NCBI GenBank assembly: GCA_013239625.1
Contig: MU054001.1
Span: 5,691,078 to 5,755,077, forward strand
Length of the DNA: 64,000 bases
Direction of reading: 5' to 3'
DNA from: Lama guanicoe
Taxonomy: Eukaryota
This document shows positions 12,761-26,400 of this stretch, piece by piece. The translations under genes were made by a program, and so were the position numbers. Within the stretch, counting starts at the first letter, position 1, and each line of letters opens with the position of its first letter. The notes beneath the pieces are model-generated. The model saw nothing but the letters and a program-made list of their open reading frames with translations. It was not told the origin of the DNA and did not search any database.

Positions 12761-15611
12761 CCTGTAGACAGCCAGATGTTTTTAGGACATGGTCCTTGTC
12801 AAGTATTTCCTCATTTGCTCTACAAAAATTTTGAGGGCTCTCCACGGCCTTGATGGAGACATAATGGTGATTCTGCCATGCCCCTCCCTACGCAGGGCTT
12901 AGTATACTACTTAGCACAAAACAGGAACTCAACATAGAATTTTTTTAAAGACTAACTTCTAATGACTATAAAGAAAAGGGTTGCATCGATAGAAATGAGT
13001 ATGTGTGTTTGTAGGTGGCAGATGTGGCAGGGGAGGAATTGTATCAAAAGCACTGGATGGATACTAATTGCATTTCATTGATTTAAGACCAACATTTGGA
13101 AAGTCATATTCTTAACATCACCTATCCCCATAGACTACCAGGTACATAAAAACATGAATCATTTTCTAGCTTCTTGTTAAATTTAGTGCCTAGCATATAC
13201 CCTTTTTCCTGAGGAAATAGATTAAATTCAAGGAAAAACCAGTTGTGGGCGAATGCATTTTCTGAGCATTTGGGCTTTGAGGAACTTTCTGCAGTTAGTC
13301 CCTATCACGTTTTTGGGTCTTCATGCTGTATCTCCAATTTCCTCCTGACCTTGTTCAGCAGAATTTGTTTCGATGCAGCTTAGGACATTCACCAACCCCA
13401 GACTGTGAATGACTGTCAACAGGTGTGTGTGATAAAGGAAACATTGTTTTTGCTCTGCTTCAGGCATGTCTGACATGTTGGGGACCTGCTTTCCTTTGCA
13501 AAGCTGATAGGAATCTAGTATTTGGGAGGGAGGAGCGCTTCCCTGTCTGTTCCAGGCCAAGAAAAGTCTCTTGGTTTGGCTAACAGCAGAGCTAAGCTTG
13601 GAAAGGAATGCTAATATATCTTCAGTGCTATCCACCTCAGCTGAATGATAAATGGGTATTAATGGTCTAACATACAAGAAGATACTTTCCTGGGCAAGAG
13701 ATACTTCTGATTGCCTGGAGACACAGTCCATCAGTGATCTGGGCATGATGGGTTTGGTCTTATGAAGTGGTCTGTTATAAAACAATTGTATTGACATTAG
13801 ACACTTGCAAATCATCTGTGCCGTATTAACTGGTTTTGCCAATGCTGACAGCGTTATCTGGGATTGCATGTACTCCATGCAAAGGACAACTTGCTTTTAC
13901 TGCATAGAGGACTGCCAGCGTGCCCTGAACACCAATAACACATTCATCAAATGAGTCAGTGAACTGGTAGAGGCTTGACCGAAGAGAAATTTGAGAAATG
14001 GGCCTTCCAAAAACTCAAGGATTTCAGAGACCCATACAGAAAGCTACCAATTAGAGCAACAGCAGGAGAGGGACTTAACAAAGGTGAGATTTGTGCTTTG
14101 GAAAAAGGGCACTGGTGACTGGGAGGAGGGAGGCTGGTGCTAGTGGGACTAAAGCTTTGAGGTCTGGGGAGTATTTGGAAAGTTACTGTAGCATTGCATT
14201 GTACTGCTGTATTGGAGGAACAATTTGGAGTTTAGAGTTTTATATATCTGAAATTTACCTTTTATTCATGTTTCTTAAATTAAGTACACTGGTGTGCCCA
14301 AAGATCTAGCTAGATAGGTGGGTCTGAGTACCCTTAATTTATAGAATAGTTGAAAATAATCATGTAAGAGAATGTGGGAGACAGGAAGAATGTAGGTCTA
14401 TGTGTGTAGTTTTAGCAAATTTCCATGTGAAAGAAATAATAATACCCAATTTTGAACATGACTCACTTATTAAAAATTATGGACCAGTGCAGTAAGTCAA
14501 AACACTGTCTACTTATTTCACTTGCTCCTACTCTGTCTCTTGGTAAAATCTCACCAGGCACCATGGAAAGAACAGTTGTTTTTGAGAAGATGTCAATGAG
14601 TTGGTATCTGACCTATATTAAATATCAAGTTACTATGAATTTGTGTAAGATCCCAAAATATAGATACTATCACCAGTGCCAGCTTTATTCATAAACAGGA
14701 AAGAGGAAAGTAATGTCACTTACTATCACTGGAGCATTTACTGTGGGCCAGCTACATGGATAGCACTTTATGGTCCACTGGAGTAGATGAAATTGCCATT
14801 TGATGTGACTTGAGGGGACTGGGAAGGCTTCCCACCCTGAAATGCCTTCCCCATATGGCCTGAAAATATTTGGCTCTCATCCTGAAATCCCATCAAGTAG
14901 AACACTATTTGGATTGGCTTTAGAGTTTACAAAGTGATTTTCTATAGATTAACTGTCATGGAAGCAGAGTTGCTTCCCTATTCAGAAAAGGGCACCCAGT
15001 TACCTCACAGTGGGACTATTTTCCTTCAAATGTTTACAATTTACTGTAATGTGTTTGTGTCCCACCCATACCTATCAGCCAATCATACCTTCACTAGGAA
15101 TGAACCAAATCAGATCAAGCCCCTCCTGAATCTAGGGAAGATTAGTGATGATGAAGTTAATTTAATGAGCTAGTTTTGTATAAAAAGGAAACGGGAGAAG
15201 GAAGAAGCAGTTTTGACTGCCTGTACAGGAGAGCAGGCTCCTACCAAGCCAAGAAAAGCAAGTTGGAGAATTCCAGAAAAAGAAGTTCCTTCTGAGTGGT
15301 GACGTAAAAGCTCCAACACTTCGAAACCAGTGTGTGGCATCTCCAGGGAACGCTTTGTCCTGGGCACCCCTGCAGCTTAAAAGAATCCACCAGTTTATAA
15401 GGTACTCCAGTACCAGGCCAAAGGAGGTACTGTCATTTTCAGATGTACAAAGTGCTGTTGATAAATGGATATTAACCGTCTAACCGGGAGAAAGGCTGGG
15501 GATATGAGGGGGCCAAAATTTGATTTTGGCAAAGCATGATGTTTGGAACTTTAATTGCCACAACACAACGTGCAATTAAGGACAATTCAAAGGATTTTCA
15601 GGGGTAATTTT

Positions 15612-15742
15612 TAAAAAAAACTTTCTTTGGAGGGGAGGTAATTAGATTTATTTATTTTTTTAATGGAGGTACTGGGGATTGAACCCAGGACCTCATGCAT
15701 GCTAGGCATGCACTCTACCACGGAGCTATACCCTCCCCACCA
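15612..15742 (-). mobile_element. tRNA-derived SINE
   Basis: Reverse head flanked by the direct repeat gggtaatttt. Confidence 0.9.
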
Positions 15743-15761
15743 AGGGTAATTTTGATTACAC

Positions 15762-17180
15762 TTATTTTTTAAAAATTCTTTTCCATTATGGTTTATTACA
15801 GGATATTGAGTATAGTTCCCAGTAGGACCTTGTTGTTTATCCATTTTATATACAGTAGTCTGTACCTGCTAATCCCAAATGTCTAATTTATCCCTTCCCT
15901 ATCCCTTTTCCCCTTTGGTAACCATAAGTTTGTTTTCTATGTCTGTGAGTCTGTTCCTGTTTTGTAAATAAGTTCATTTGTATCATATTTAAGATTCCAC
16001 ATATAAATGATATCACACGGTATTTGTCTTTCTCTTTCTGACTTACTTTACTTAGTATGATAATCTCTAGGTCCATCAATGTTGCAGCAAATGACATTGT
16101 TTCATTCTTTTTTTATGGTGGAGTAGTATTCCAGCGTGCATATATATACCACAGCTTCTTTATCCAGTCATCTGTTGAAGGACATTTAGGCTGTTTCCAT
16201 GTCTTGGCTATTGTAAATAGTGCTGTTGTGAACATTGGGTGCACATATCTTGTCGAGTTAGACTTTTTCTCTGGATATACGCCCAGGAGTGGGGTTGCTG
16301 GATCATATGGCAATTCTATTTTTAGTTTTTTAAGTAATCTCCATACCGTTCTCCAAAGTGACTGCACCAAATTACATTCCCACCAACAGTGTAGGAAGGT
16401 TCCTTTTTCTCCACACCCTCTCCAGCATTTATTTGTAGACTTTTTAATGATGGCATTCTGAGGTGATACCTGATTATAGTTTTGATTTGCATTTCTCTAA
16501 TAATCAGTGACGTTGATCATCTTTTCATTTGCCTATTAGCCATCTGTATGTCTTCTTTGGAGAAATGGTTATTTACGTCTTCTGCCCATTTTTTGGTTGT
16601 TTTTTTTGTTGTTGTTACTGAGTTGTATGAGCTGTCTGTATATTTTGGAAATTAATCCCTTGCTGGTTGCTTCCTTGACAAATATTTTCTCCCAGTCCAT
16701 AGGTTGTCTTTTCATTTTGTTTACAGTTTCCTTTGCTGTGCAAAAGTGTTTAAGTTTGATTATGTCCCATTTGTTTATTTTTGCTTTTATTTCTACTGCC
16801 ATGGGAGACTGACTTAAGAAAACAGTGGTACAAATTGTGTCAGAGAATGTTTTGCCTATGCTCTCTTCTAGGAGTTTTATGGTGTCATGTCTTACATTTA
16901 AGTCTTTAAGCCATTTTGAGTTTATTTTGGGGTATGGTGTGAGGGTGTGTTCTAACTTCATTGATTTACATGCAGCTGTGCAGCTTTCCCAATGCCACTT
17001 ACTGAAGAGACTGTCTTTTCTCCACCATATATTCTTACCTTCTTAATTGAAAATTAATTGACTGTGGATGTGTGGGTTTATTTCTAGGCTCTCTATTCTA
17101 TTCCATTGATCCATATATCTGTTTTGCCAACAGCCAATAGCCTCCTGTTTTGATTACCGCCGTGACTTTGTAGTATTGAT
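15762..17180 (-). mobile_element. LINE-1 fragment (ORF2 C-terminus plus 3' UTR), degraded
   Basis: L1 ORF2 peptides [33 protein letters not shown] and [15 protein letters not shown] lie in broken frames. Confidence 0.95.
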
Positions 17181-20139
17181 CACATTTTTTTTTGTTTATG
17201 GGTGGAGTTTAGAACTTAACTGGTGACGTGTGACATCACTATATGTTAAATCTGTACTTTTGTATATGCCATACGTTTGCTTTGTGTCTGCCTTTTTTAT
17301 TTAGTTTGAGTTCCATCTTACATCTTGAATATGTGTTATATTCCATCTTCTAATGGCGAGTTTTGCCTTAATTGAATTGAAATTGACCGCCTCAAAATGA
17401 TTGCTGAAAAAGAACCCTTCTTGGTTTTCCTCATTAATTCACCTCCTACGCTCTATTATCTCATTCCAGAGAATCTGCTAGAAACACACACCTGTGCCCC
17501 ACCCCAAATGGGGGTGGGGTAGGGTGGGGCAGGGCTGTGTAGAGTAATCTGCAACTCCTTGTAGGTCCTATTTCCAGCTGCTTTTTGCCTGCTCCAGGTT
17601 CTTCACACCTAATGCCTCCAAAACAAGAATTTATCTTTCTCATGCACTCCCCGTTCATCACCATTTGCCAAGCTAGAAATCTCAGAATAGGCCTGAGGGA
17701 AGAGCATCGGAAGCCGGGCTTGGGTTTGAATGCTGGCTCTGTCACTTAGCAGCTGTGTGACCTTTGGCAAATTATTTGATCTCTTTGTGCCTCAGTTACC
17801 TCATATATCCAATGGGCAGTGAAGAGTGATGAGGTAATGCATGTGCCTGGCACAGAGATGCTTAAAAATGGCCACTAACCCTATTTCTACCATACCTTTG
17901 TCATTTTCATCAGCATCAGCTCTTTGATCTTCTTCACATCCCACCCTCCCTAAATCCAATCGATTCCAGTCCAGCTCTGTCTCCCGGAGACCCTCCTCAA
18001 CATGTCTTTGCCATCTCTTTGGCTCAGGCCTTCATTTCTTGCCTAAACAGAAGTGTTTTCCCTGGTCAGCCTTTGCTCATTTTGGCCAGTCTTCTCAACC
18101 AAACTCTACCTCCCTGTACAGTGTCTTGGACAGAGCCATTTTCTTTTGTGATTGTCTGTTTCATATGTTTCCTTGGCTTGGAAAGACTTCCATCTTCCTC
18201 TGGACAACTCCTACCCTTTAGCCACGGCTCAGTTCCAATTTATTCAATTTATTCCTCAGTGAATCCTTTCTTGGACTCACCAGACTGAGAAGTGTTTGTT
18301 GTCCGTTACTTTGGGTACATTGGACCACAAAGCCCAACACTTTCTGAATCCTACTGATTTCTTCAGCATCATTGTCTACATCACATCCATGTGCCTTGTG
18401 CCTTCCTAGTCCCTTCCCATCTCCACAAGGGAAAAAAAATGCAGTGGAGATTTTTTTCAGTTCTTAGAATCCGGCAGGCTTCTACTACTATGCAAGGCTT
18501 TCCTCAGAAATGCCTTTCCCCTTACTCAAGTCCTCGACTTTCCACCACTCCCCACCCCCCACAAGCAGGTTAATTCCTTCTAATCGTCAGGTTCTTTAGT
18601 CAGTCATCTGTCATATACCTGGCCTGTGATACAACTTCTTAGCATCAGGCACCTTTCCCCTGCCACCCTTTTAGCATTTTTCACAATTGTAGTGATAGAT
18701 TTGTGAGACTGATTGTGTCCCCCACTAGATTATATCTACTCCATGAATGCATGCTTAGTCTGGTGGCTCTGAATTTGCAGAACCTAGCATTGTGTGGAAG
18801 AAGGGGTAAACGAATGGCTTCTTCACTAGGTAAGCTCCATGCAGAACCAAGCACAGAGTATGACAGTACTTGTCGGATTTCTTCTGTAAGTAGTGCCTAT
18901 TGTTGAAGAAACGAATAACATCACCAATAACCGCAGGGACCTATGTAACTCACCCAAGTTCTTCAACTGACCTGGGCTTTGGGGACCAGCTATTAGCAGT
19001 ATATTAGTAGCGTAGGTTGCGGTTAAGAACACGTGGTTTTTTACTTTCCCAGTCTCAAGAAACTGAGCTAATGGTTCAGGCGGAAGAGAGCAGCCACAAT
19101 ACGCAAAGTATTAGGTTGAGAGCAGATGCAGAAGTATCAATACAGACACAGTCTACAAATTTGTTGGGGGAAACTGGAAACTGGCAGCTTGCATTAGCAC
19201 ATAACTTTGTGTGCCTTTCACTTTCAGGCAGAAACTTTTGAGTGTTCTCAGTGCAGTGCTGGCATAAAAACTTTCCATCTAAAAAAGATTTTCTATTGGT
19301 AGGGAGCTTGGACATAGTGGGAGACTATTCCCTGGATGGTTTCTAAAATCTCATATAAAAAGTACCCGTTTGTTTTCAAGTGTAATATTAATTTTTATGG
19401 AGGGTCTCACATGGAAGTCCAAAGTTTGTAAATGCCTGACACTGGCATTTGATTCAGGTATATGCCTTGTCAAGAATCGTGAATGGTATTTTCCTTTTAT
19501 TTTTTATGTAAAGAAAACCCAGAGTCTCATAAAGCTCCCAGACAAGTGAGGACAAGGGAAAGGGAGTGCTTCCCACTACCCACTTTTCAGCGAAAATAAG
19601 CTTTTGAAACTCGTTCCGCTTTTAGAAGAGCGGCGCAAACCTAAAGAAAGGGCTCGGTCCTCTTCCCCTTTAGAGGTGGGGTCCCCGGTCGGTGGCCAAG
19701 GCACGCGGTTTTTTTTGCGGGGGAAAGTGGAGTTGGGAAGGGCCGGAGGCGGCGCTGTGTGACAGTCGGGCCGCGGAGCGGGACGACCCCGCGGGTCGCG
19801 GAACAAAGCCTCGCAGGGGGCGCGTAACTAGGGTCCCGGACGCGGGAGGCGAGTGCCCACGTCACCCCGGGCGGGGACGGCTGCGGGCAAGAGCAGGATG
19901 TGCCAGTGTTTGCTGGGCGCGAGGTGTTCAGTCGCAGCAACGGTAGCCCAGCAGTTCGGAGGCCAACCGCCACTCTGGAAGCCCGGCACCGCGATGACCG
20001 CGAAAGCCGCCGCCGGCCGCCCGGGAGCCTCTGCGCCTGCGCGCCTGCGCGCCCGCGGGAGGCCCCGCCCCCTCCGGGCCGCCGGCGCGCGGTGCCGCGC
20101 CTCCTCATGGCGGCCGCCGCAGTGTGTGGTATTTAGCGG

Positions 20140-20378
20140 GAGCGCGCGGCGGGCTCGAGGACGCGCGAAACGGCGGCGGCGGCGGCGGCGGCCAGGGGGT
20201 AGCCGGGGCGGCCGTTGCGGGGCGCGCTCTCGAGCGGCGGCGGCGGCGGCCCAGGGAGTCCCGTCGGTGTCGGCACGGGGAAGAGGCGGTGGCGCTGCCC
20301 GCGGTGGCGGGGGTTGGCGGCGGCGACGGAGCGCGTTTGAGCCAGGACCGGGGTCCGAGGCGCGCTCTCCGCCCACAG
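20140..20378 (+). other. SIAH1: SIAH1 first exon (5' UTR); 5' boundary approximate
   Basis: GC-rich exon ending gcccacag|gtaagt (consensus donor at 20379) within a CpG island; would splice to the 43527 acceptor across a ~23-kb intron. Confidence 0.85.
20171..20249 (+). repeat. CGG trinucleotide repeats in the SIAH1 5' region
   Basis: (CGG)7 at 20171-20191 and a shorter GGC run at ~20235-20250. Confidence 0.9.
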
Positions 20379-20547
20379 GTAAGTGGGGCCCGGCCTGGAG
20401 GGAGGAGCCGGCCGCGAGGGGCTCCGCGGGAAGAGGACTCCCAGGCCCGGTAATGGCGGCAGGCGGGGAGGGCGGCCGGGCCGGGCCGGGTCAGGCCTCT
20501 GGGGCGGGGGCGCGGGCAGCCCCCGGCGCCGGGCGCCTTTGTCTCGG

Positions 20548-20636
20548 NNNNNNNNNNNNNNNNNNNNNNNNNNNNNNNNNNNNNNNNNNNNNNNNNNNNN
20601 NNNNNNNNNNNNNNNNCGGCCCCGCGTGGCCCGGCG
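20548..20636. other. Assembly gap (89 N)
   Basis: Run of N inside the GC-extreme CpG island. Confidence 1.
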
Positions 20637-21409
20637 AGGGCGGGGAAGGGCCTCCTCGCCGCCCGGCCCGGCCCCCGCGCGCCGGGGAGGCGGGCCCGGC
20701 TTGGGGAGGCGTCCGGCGCTCCCCGCGCCCCGGTGCCGGCCTTTGTTGTGAAGGGTCCCGGGGTGTGCGGCCAACATGGCGGAGGTCAGCTGAGTGCGGG
20801 CAGTGGCCGGCCCTTCCCTCCGGCCCCTCCCCGCACCGCCCCGAGGCCCGGGGGCGGGCGCGGCGACTCGGCCGTCCTTGGCCTCCTCTGCCTGCCCCCG
20901 ACCCCGGGAGCGGTCGTCCCCAGTTGCGCCGCGTTCTCTCTCCGGCTCCGGCCTGAGCCGTCATTGTGCGGTGGGAGAATGCAGTCTCCTCCCTTGTTTA
21001 TGTCGTTAGAGAGGAGATCGCGTGAACCGCTTGCCAGGGAGGCTTCAGCTTCTTATTGTAAATCTTGGTTTTTCTCGGCTTCATTTGTCGCTTCGTTTGG
21101 GGGCTTTCTCGACTCCCAGATATGTAATTTAGAAATGTGGGTAATCTGGGCCACAGCGTTGCGTAGGTTTTTCTTTTCCCGTTCCTGGAAAGATTCAGTA
21201 TTTGTTTGCTCTGACATTCAGAGAAGTCCAGTTCGTGTGTCCGGAAAATCAGATGGTGTAGCTGATTTGTCAAAGCCATAGAAGCCATGAGCACGGATAT
21301 AGGACAGTGATCGGACTGCCCATTTCTAGCAGTTGAATATTTACCATTCTTTGATAAGCGGCTGTCAAGGGTAAATTGTTAACTCTTTTCAGCAGTTGAT
21401 TGTTGGAAG

Positions 21410-21640
21410 CACGGACTCTGAAGTAAGACTGCCTGCTTTTGGTTTCAGTCCTCCCCCACTGGTTAGTGACCTTGGGCAAGATACTTAACCTCTCCGGCCT
21501 CATTTTCCTTATCTGCAAAATGGGTGTAATGACAGTACCTGCCTCGTAGGATTGTTGGGAGAGTCGATGAGATGTTAGTAAGCGAAGGGCTTAGAGCAGT
21601 GGCAGGCCCAGTGAGCTCAGTAAATATTTGCTGCTAAGGC
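21410..21640 (+). mobile_element. MIR SINE (other MIR-like copies at ~1720, 7450, 17700, 45820, 62840)
   Basis: gtgaccttgggcaagatacttaacctctccggcctcattttccttatctgcaaaatggg, the MIR core. Confidence 0.85.
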
Positions 21641-23139
21641 TTTGATAACTACTAAACTTATGAGATTATCTTGGCATGTTGGGTATGTTGGAAGTGCATA
21701 AGCCAGAATATGTGAAATCACGTTATGAATTTTTAGTGCTTGGGTTTTTCTTTTAGTGTATTTCGTTAGTTCTTAAAAATGAAGACGAGGTTTAGATGGT
21801 AAATGTCCAGGCATTTGGAGATGATGGCATTGGGAAATGTCTATAGTAAGGGATTATGTGGTCTGGAATTTAAAAAATCAAATTCACTTCCAGGGACTTG
21901 AGTTTACTGACTTGGAAAAGTTTCAAACAGTGAGTCTTTGAGTTTGAAGTGTCTATGGTGTCACCATCTCTTTTGGACATTACTGAAGAGCAGAGTGTAC
22001 TATGGTGGTCTGGTAGTTTTATCGGGAGATCTTGGCTCAAATTGTGGAGGAGAGGATTTTGGTTAGCTATTAGGAGAACTTTGTGACAAGTAGATTTTGA
22101 TCTTAAGTGGATTATACAAATTTTGTGATTTTTTTTGCCCTGGAAATTAAAGATGTAAACTTGTGATCTGGAATAATTAGTTGCAATCCTAAAGTTGACT
22201 TTGCGAAAATATTTTATTTAGATGTATTACAGAATTGCTTTAAATGACCCCTCTTGGCATCTTTCCAGCATAATCTAGTAACATTTTAATAATATTTTGA
22301 ACTGAAATACAGTATAATTAATAGATAAGGAACTTTTCACGATAAGTATTTCACAAAGTACAAATTCTGAAATTTATATCAATGTAGTGTGATATATTCC
22401 CTTGAAACTTCGGGAAATTCTTACAAAATTGATGTAGAGCAATATTCTTTAATATCTATAATTAAAAAGAATATTATGATTAGGCTAAAATTAATTGGAG
22501 ATAAAAAGGAAACATATAGCTATGGCAACAGTGATGTAATAAGAATAAGATTTTGTTTTCAACTTACACAGTGTTTTGGAAATAGGTCTTACATGAAGAA
22601 AGTAACAAAGTAAGTTTAGTAACTTTGTAAAACAACCACTTAGATTGTATTTTAAAGCAGTTGATTTACTTGATTTTTAGAAATTGGAGGTTTTTCTTGG
22701 TTTGAGGAGATCTGTTACAGACTTTTAGTTATAATTATGAAATTTCCATAGACACCTTATAAAGTGTTTAAATTCTGGATATTTTTGGTCTAGACCTGAC
22801 TCCAAACAAAATCAATATATGAAAACCTCAGACTTCCCCCCCTTCCTTCCCTCCCCTCAAAAAACAACTGGGTATAATTTTTTCCTCTCTAATAAGCACC
22901 CTTAATGTTTTCTTTTAAATAGAGATTTTCTAATGCATTTTAAGCCATTTGATTTTCCATGACTTTTACTAGAGCATCTGCTGCAAAAGGGCAGGGATTG
23001 TGGGTTTTTATTCCTATATCCTCAGTGTGTAACACTCAGAACATATTTCCTGACTTACTGCTTATTATTCTTATGACACTCAGATTTCTTTGCTTGCCGA
23101 AACCTAGCCCCATGTATTCTTTTGCCTGCAGGTCATTTT

Positions 23140-24240
23140 TTTTTAATGACTTTATTTTTTAGAGCAATTTTAGATTCACAGCAAAATTGAGCAGAAGGTA
23201 CAAAGATATACTGTGCCCTACTCATGCATAACCTCCCCCATTATCAACATCTTCCACCGGAGTGATACATTTGTTACAACTGATGTACCTACACTGACAC
23301 ATTATCACCCAAAGTCCATGTTTACGTTATGGTTCACTTTTGGTATTGTGTATTATGAGTTTTGACAAATGTATAATAATGTGTATCCACAATCGTAGTA
23401 TCACACAGAATAGTTTCACTGCCTTAAATATCCTCTGTCATCTACCTATTCATCCCTTCCTCCTCCCTAACCTCTTTTTACCGTCTCCATAGTTTTGTCC
23501 TTTACAGGGTGTTACATAATCGAAATCATACAGTATGTACCCTTTTCACATTGGTGTCTTTCGTTTAGTCATATGCATTTGTTTCCTCCATGTCTTTTCA
23601 TAGCTTGATAGCTCAGTTCTTTTTAGCACTGAGTATTATTCCATTCTCTGGATGTGTAAGTTTATTTATCTACTCACCTACCAAGGGACATCTTGGTTGC
23701 TGCCACGTTTGGGCAATTATGAATAAAGCTGCTGTAAACATCTGTGTACAGGTTTTTGTGTGGACATAAGGTTTCAGCTCCTTTGAATGATAGCTGGATC
23801 TTATGGTAAGAATATGTTTAGTTTGTATTTGTAATCAGCTGCCATGCTGCCTTCCAAGAGGCTGTACCATTTTGCATTCCACCAGCAGTGCATGAGAATT
23901 CCTGTTGCTCCACATGGCCACCAGCATGTTGTCAGTGTTCTGGGTTTTGCCATTCTAATAGGTGTGTGGTGGTATCTTATTTTTGTTTTAATTTGCATTT
24001 CCCTGATGACTAATGATGTGGAGCATCTTTTCATATGCTCCTTTGCCATCTGTAAATCTGATGAGATGAGATGTCTGTTAAGGTCTTTAGCCCATTTTTT
24101 AATTGGCATGTTCCTTTTCTTACTGAGTCTTAAGAGTTCTTTGTGTATTTTGGGTAACAGTCTTTATCAGATAAGTCTTTTGCAAATATTTTCTCCCAGT
24201 CAGTGGTTTGTTTTTTCATACTTTTGACAGTGTCTTTTCC
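23140..24240 (-). mobile_element. Old LINE-1 (L1MA/MB-like) fragment A
   Basis: PIKKWAKDLNRH...[16 protein letters not shown]; flanking gtcatttt direct repeat. Confidence 0.92.
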
Positions 24241-25399
24241 TACATGTCATTTTCCACTTTTGTGTACCAAGGTACTTCAAATTTATGTGTCCAAAACTAA
24301 AACCTTTGTTTCCAACCATCCAAGGTTCTCATCTCCTGTATCCAGTTAGTCATCAAGCCTTGATTTTTCTGTTTATGTCAAATCTGGCTTTGCTTCTCTC
24401 TCTCCCTCATTTTCACATGTCCTTCTCTTCTACTTTCTAAGTGTCTGTCTGCTTTTGGTCTCTTCCTCCTCCTTTCAGTTATTCCTACTTTAATTTAAAG
24501 GGGCTTTCTGACATAGGTGACTTACAAGGCCTTCCGTTTAAAGTCCCAAGTTCCTTGACATGGTTAGTTAGTACACAGTCCCTTCTGGAGCTGGCTCTTG
24601 TTACTTTCCTGCCATTTTCAGCTATGTACTTGTAAGTTCCTATATGCAGGGTATTTTCTCTTTTCCAGCAAAGCTCTACAATTTCACCTGAGACATCACT
24701 TAGCTGAGGTACTCTTCCTGGACCCCCCGCCTTGAATTGGATGTCATCTCCCTGTGTTCCCATAGCACTTTCTGCTTGGCCCCAAGCTGTTCCCCAGACT
24801 AATTTTTCTCTACTACTTTGCCTCCCCAGATAGACTGCAATCTGTATGAGGACTTTGCCTTGATCACCCTTGTCTAGAGTTTAGCACTGTTTCTGGCATG
24901 TAGTTGGTGCTCAGTAAGTATTTATTTAATGACTAATACCTTCACATTGTCCTAATATGTTCTTCCAGCCTTATTCTCTAGCATTTCTTCTTTGCTATAC
25001 CTGGTTAAACTGGATTCTTTTTGTTTCTTGAATATTCTCCTTTAACAGCTCTGTGCCTTTGCTCATGATTGTACTTAATCTCTCAGATGTCTTATCTGTG
25101 CTACTTTGGGCAGATGACTTAACTTCTCCAAGCCTTAATTTCCATTAGCATGTGAACAGCTATTAAGCATGTTGCTGTCCCTTGCCCCGGGTCCTAATGC
25201 TGGAGTGGCAGTGTAGTTGAGTGGTTAAGAACCAGAGCTGGATGTGTCTCTTGGCTCTGTCAGTTACTAGTTGTGTTTGTGACTTTAAGCTCCATGAGAG
25301 CAGGTACACTGCCTACTTTTGCGTTTAGAAGCATATTACATTAACACATAGAAAGTGCTTAAATAATTTAAAAAATTAGTTGTTGAGTAAGTTAATTTC

Positions 25400-26400
25400 T
25401 CTAAATGTCACCACTTACATTCTAGACAGGGAAAGAGCAGAATTACAAATTGTGATATGTACTATAGAGGAGTCAAAAGTGCTGGAATAAAGAATAGTGG
25501 TGGGAGGGAGGCTTGCTGTGAGAAGTGGTGACATTTAAGCTACATTAAAAGGATAAGGAGCTAGTTGTTTGAAGGAGGGAAGGGAGAACATCTCAGATTG
25601 AATGAAGGAGCAGCAGAGGTAAAAGCCCTGAGGGAGGAATGACCATGGACTATTCCAGGAGCTGAGAGAAGTGTTGCGGGAGCAAAAGGATGAGGGGGAG
25701 GGCTAGGCAAGGATCAGATCCTGCAGAGTCAAAGTAAGGAATGTGAATTTTAAGAGTACTGAGAAGCCATCAAAAGGTTTTAATTCAGGGAGTAACATAA
25801 TCTACTTTTACTTTTTAAGATTGCTTTAACTGTTTGGAAAATTGGTTGGTTAGAAGGCCATTTCTTTGATCAGGAAGTGCTGTAGTTGATTATAACCTGG
25901 ATTAAGGTGGTGGCAGTGAAGATGAAGTGGATGGATTTGAGATGTATTTTGGGTACAGAATTAACAGGGCTTGCCGATGGATTAGATATGAGAGGTGAGG
26001 GAAGGAAGGAATTAGGTGGTTTCTGGCTTGAGCAACTGCGTGGATCATGGTGCTATTTACCAAGATGGGAAAAACTAGAAATGAGGGGCAGATAGCAATA
26101 AAAGTGAAAACAAAACAAAACAAAACAGAAGGATAGTAGTAAAATTCAAAGTTCTGATATGTTGGATTTGAGATATCTATGATCCAGTGAGGTAGAAGGA
26201 ACATCACAGAAGTGAGATACTAGGAGATGTTTGGGTGTTAGAGGGAGTGGCACAGTAGAAAAAGGGAGAGACCTGATGCAAGAGAGACGGATAATAGAAG
26301 GAATGTGAAGTCTAAGAAGGTGAGGATACTGCCCAATGGCAGGGGTCACTTCCATTCTAAGGGGAAGGAAGTGGTAAATCAGCATTTGATGACTTCTGTT
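25400..26400 (-). mobile_element. L2 remnant
   Basis: Purine-rich L2 signature (gatggatttgagatgtattttg...ggtttctggcttgagcaactg). Confidence 0.65.

Larger units (their letters stand above)
19600..21030. promoter_or_regulatory. CpG island / main SIAH1 promoter
   Basis: Very high GC and CpG content. Tandem NRF1-like GCGCCTGCGC (20033-20050), YY1-like CATGGCGG (~20106 and ~20775), E2F-like GCGCGAAA (20163-20170), GC boxes. Confidence 0.92.

Noticed and set aside
15888..17046. ORFs with recognisable retroelement peptides (also at 23.8, 33.8 and 60.3-60.9 kb)
   Set aside because: Frameshifted, truncated L1 ORF2 remnants, not genes.
19576..21294. Many long overlapping ORFs in both directions, including a 367-aa one
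   Set aside because: These reflect stop-codon scarcity in a CpG island, and several run through the N gap and past the splice donor.
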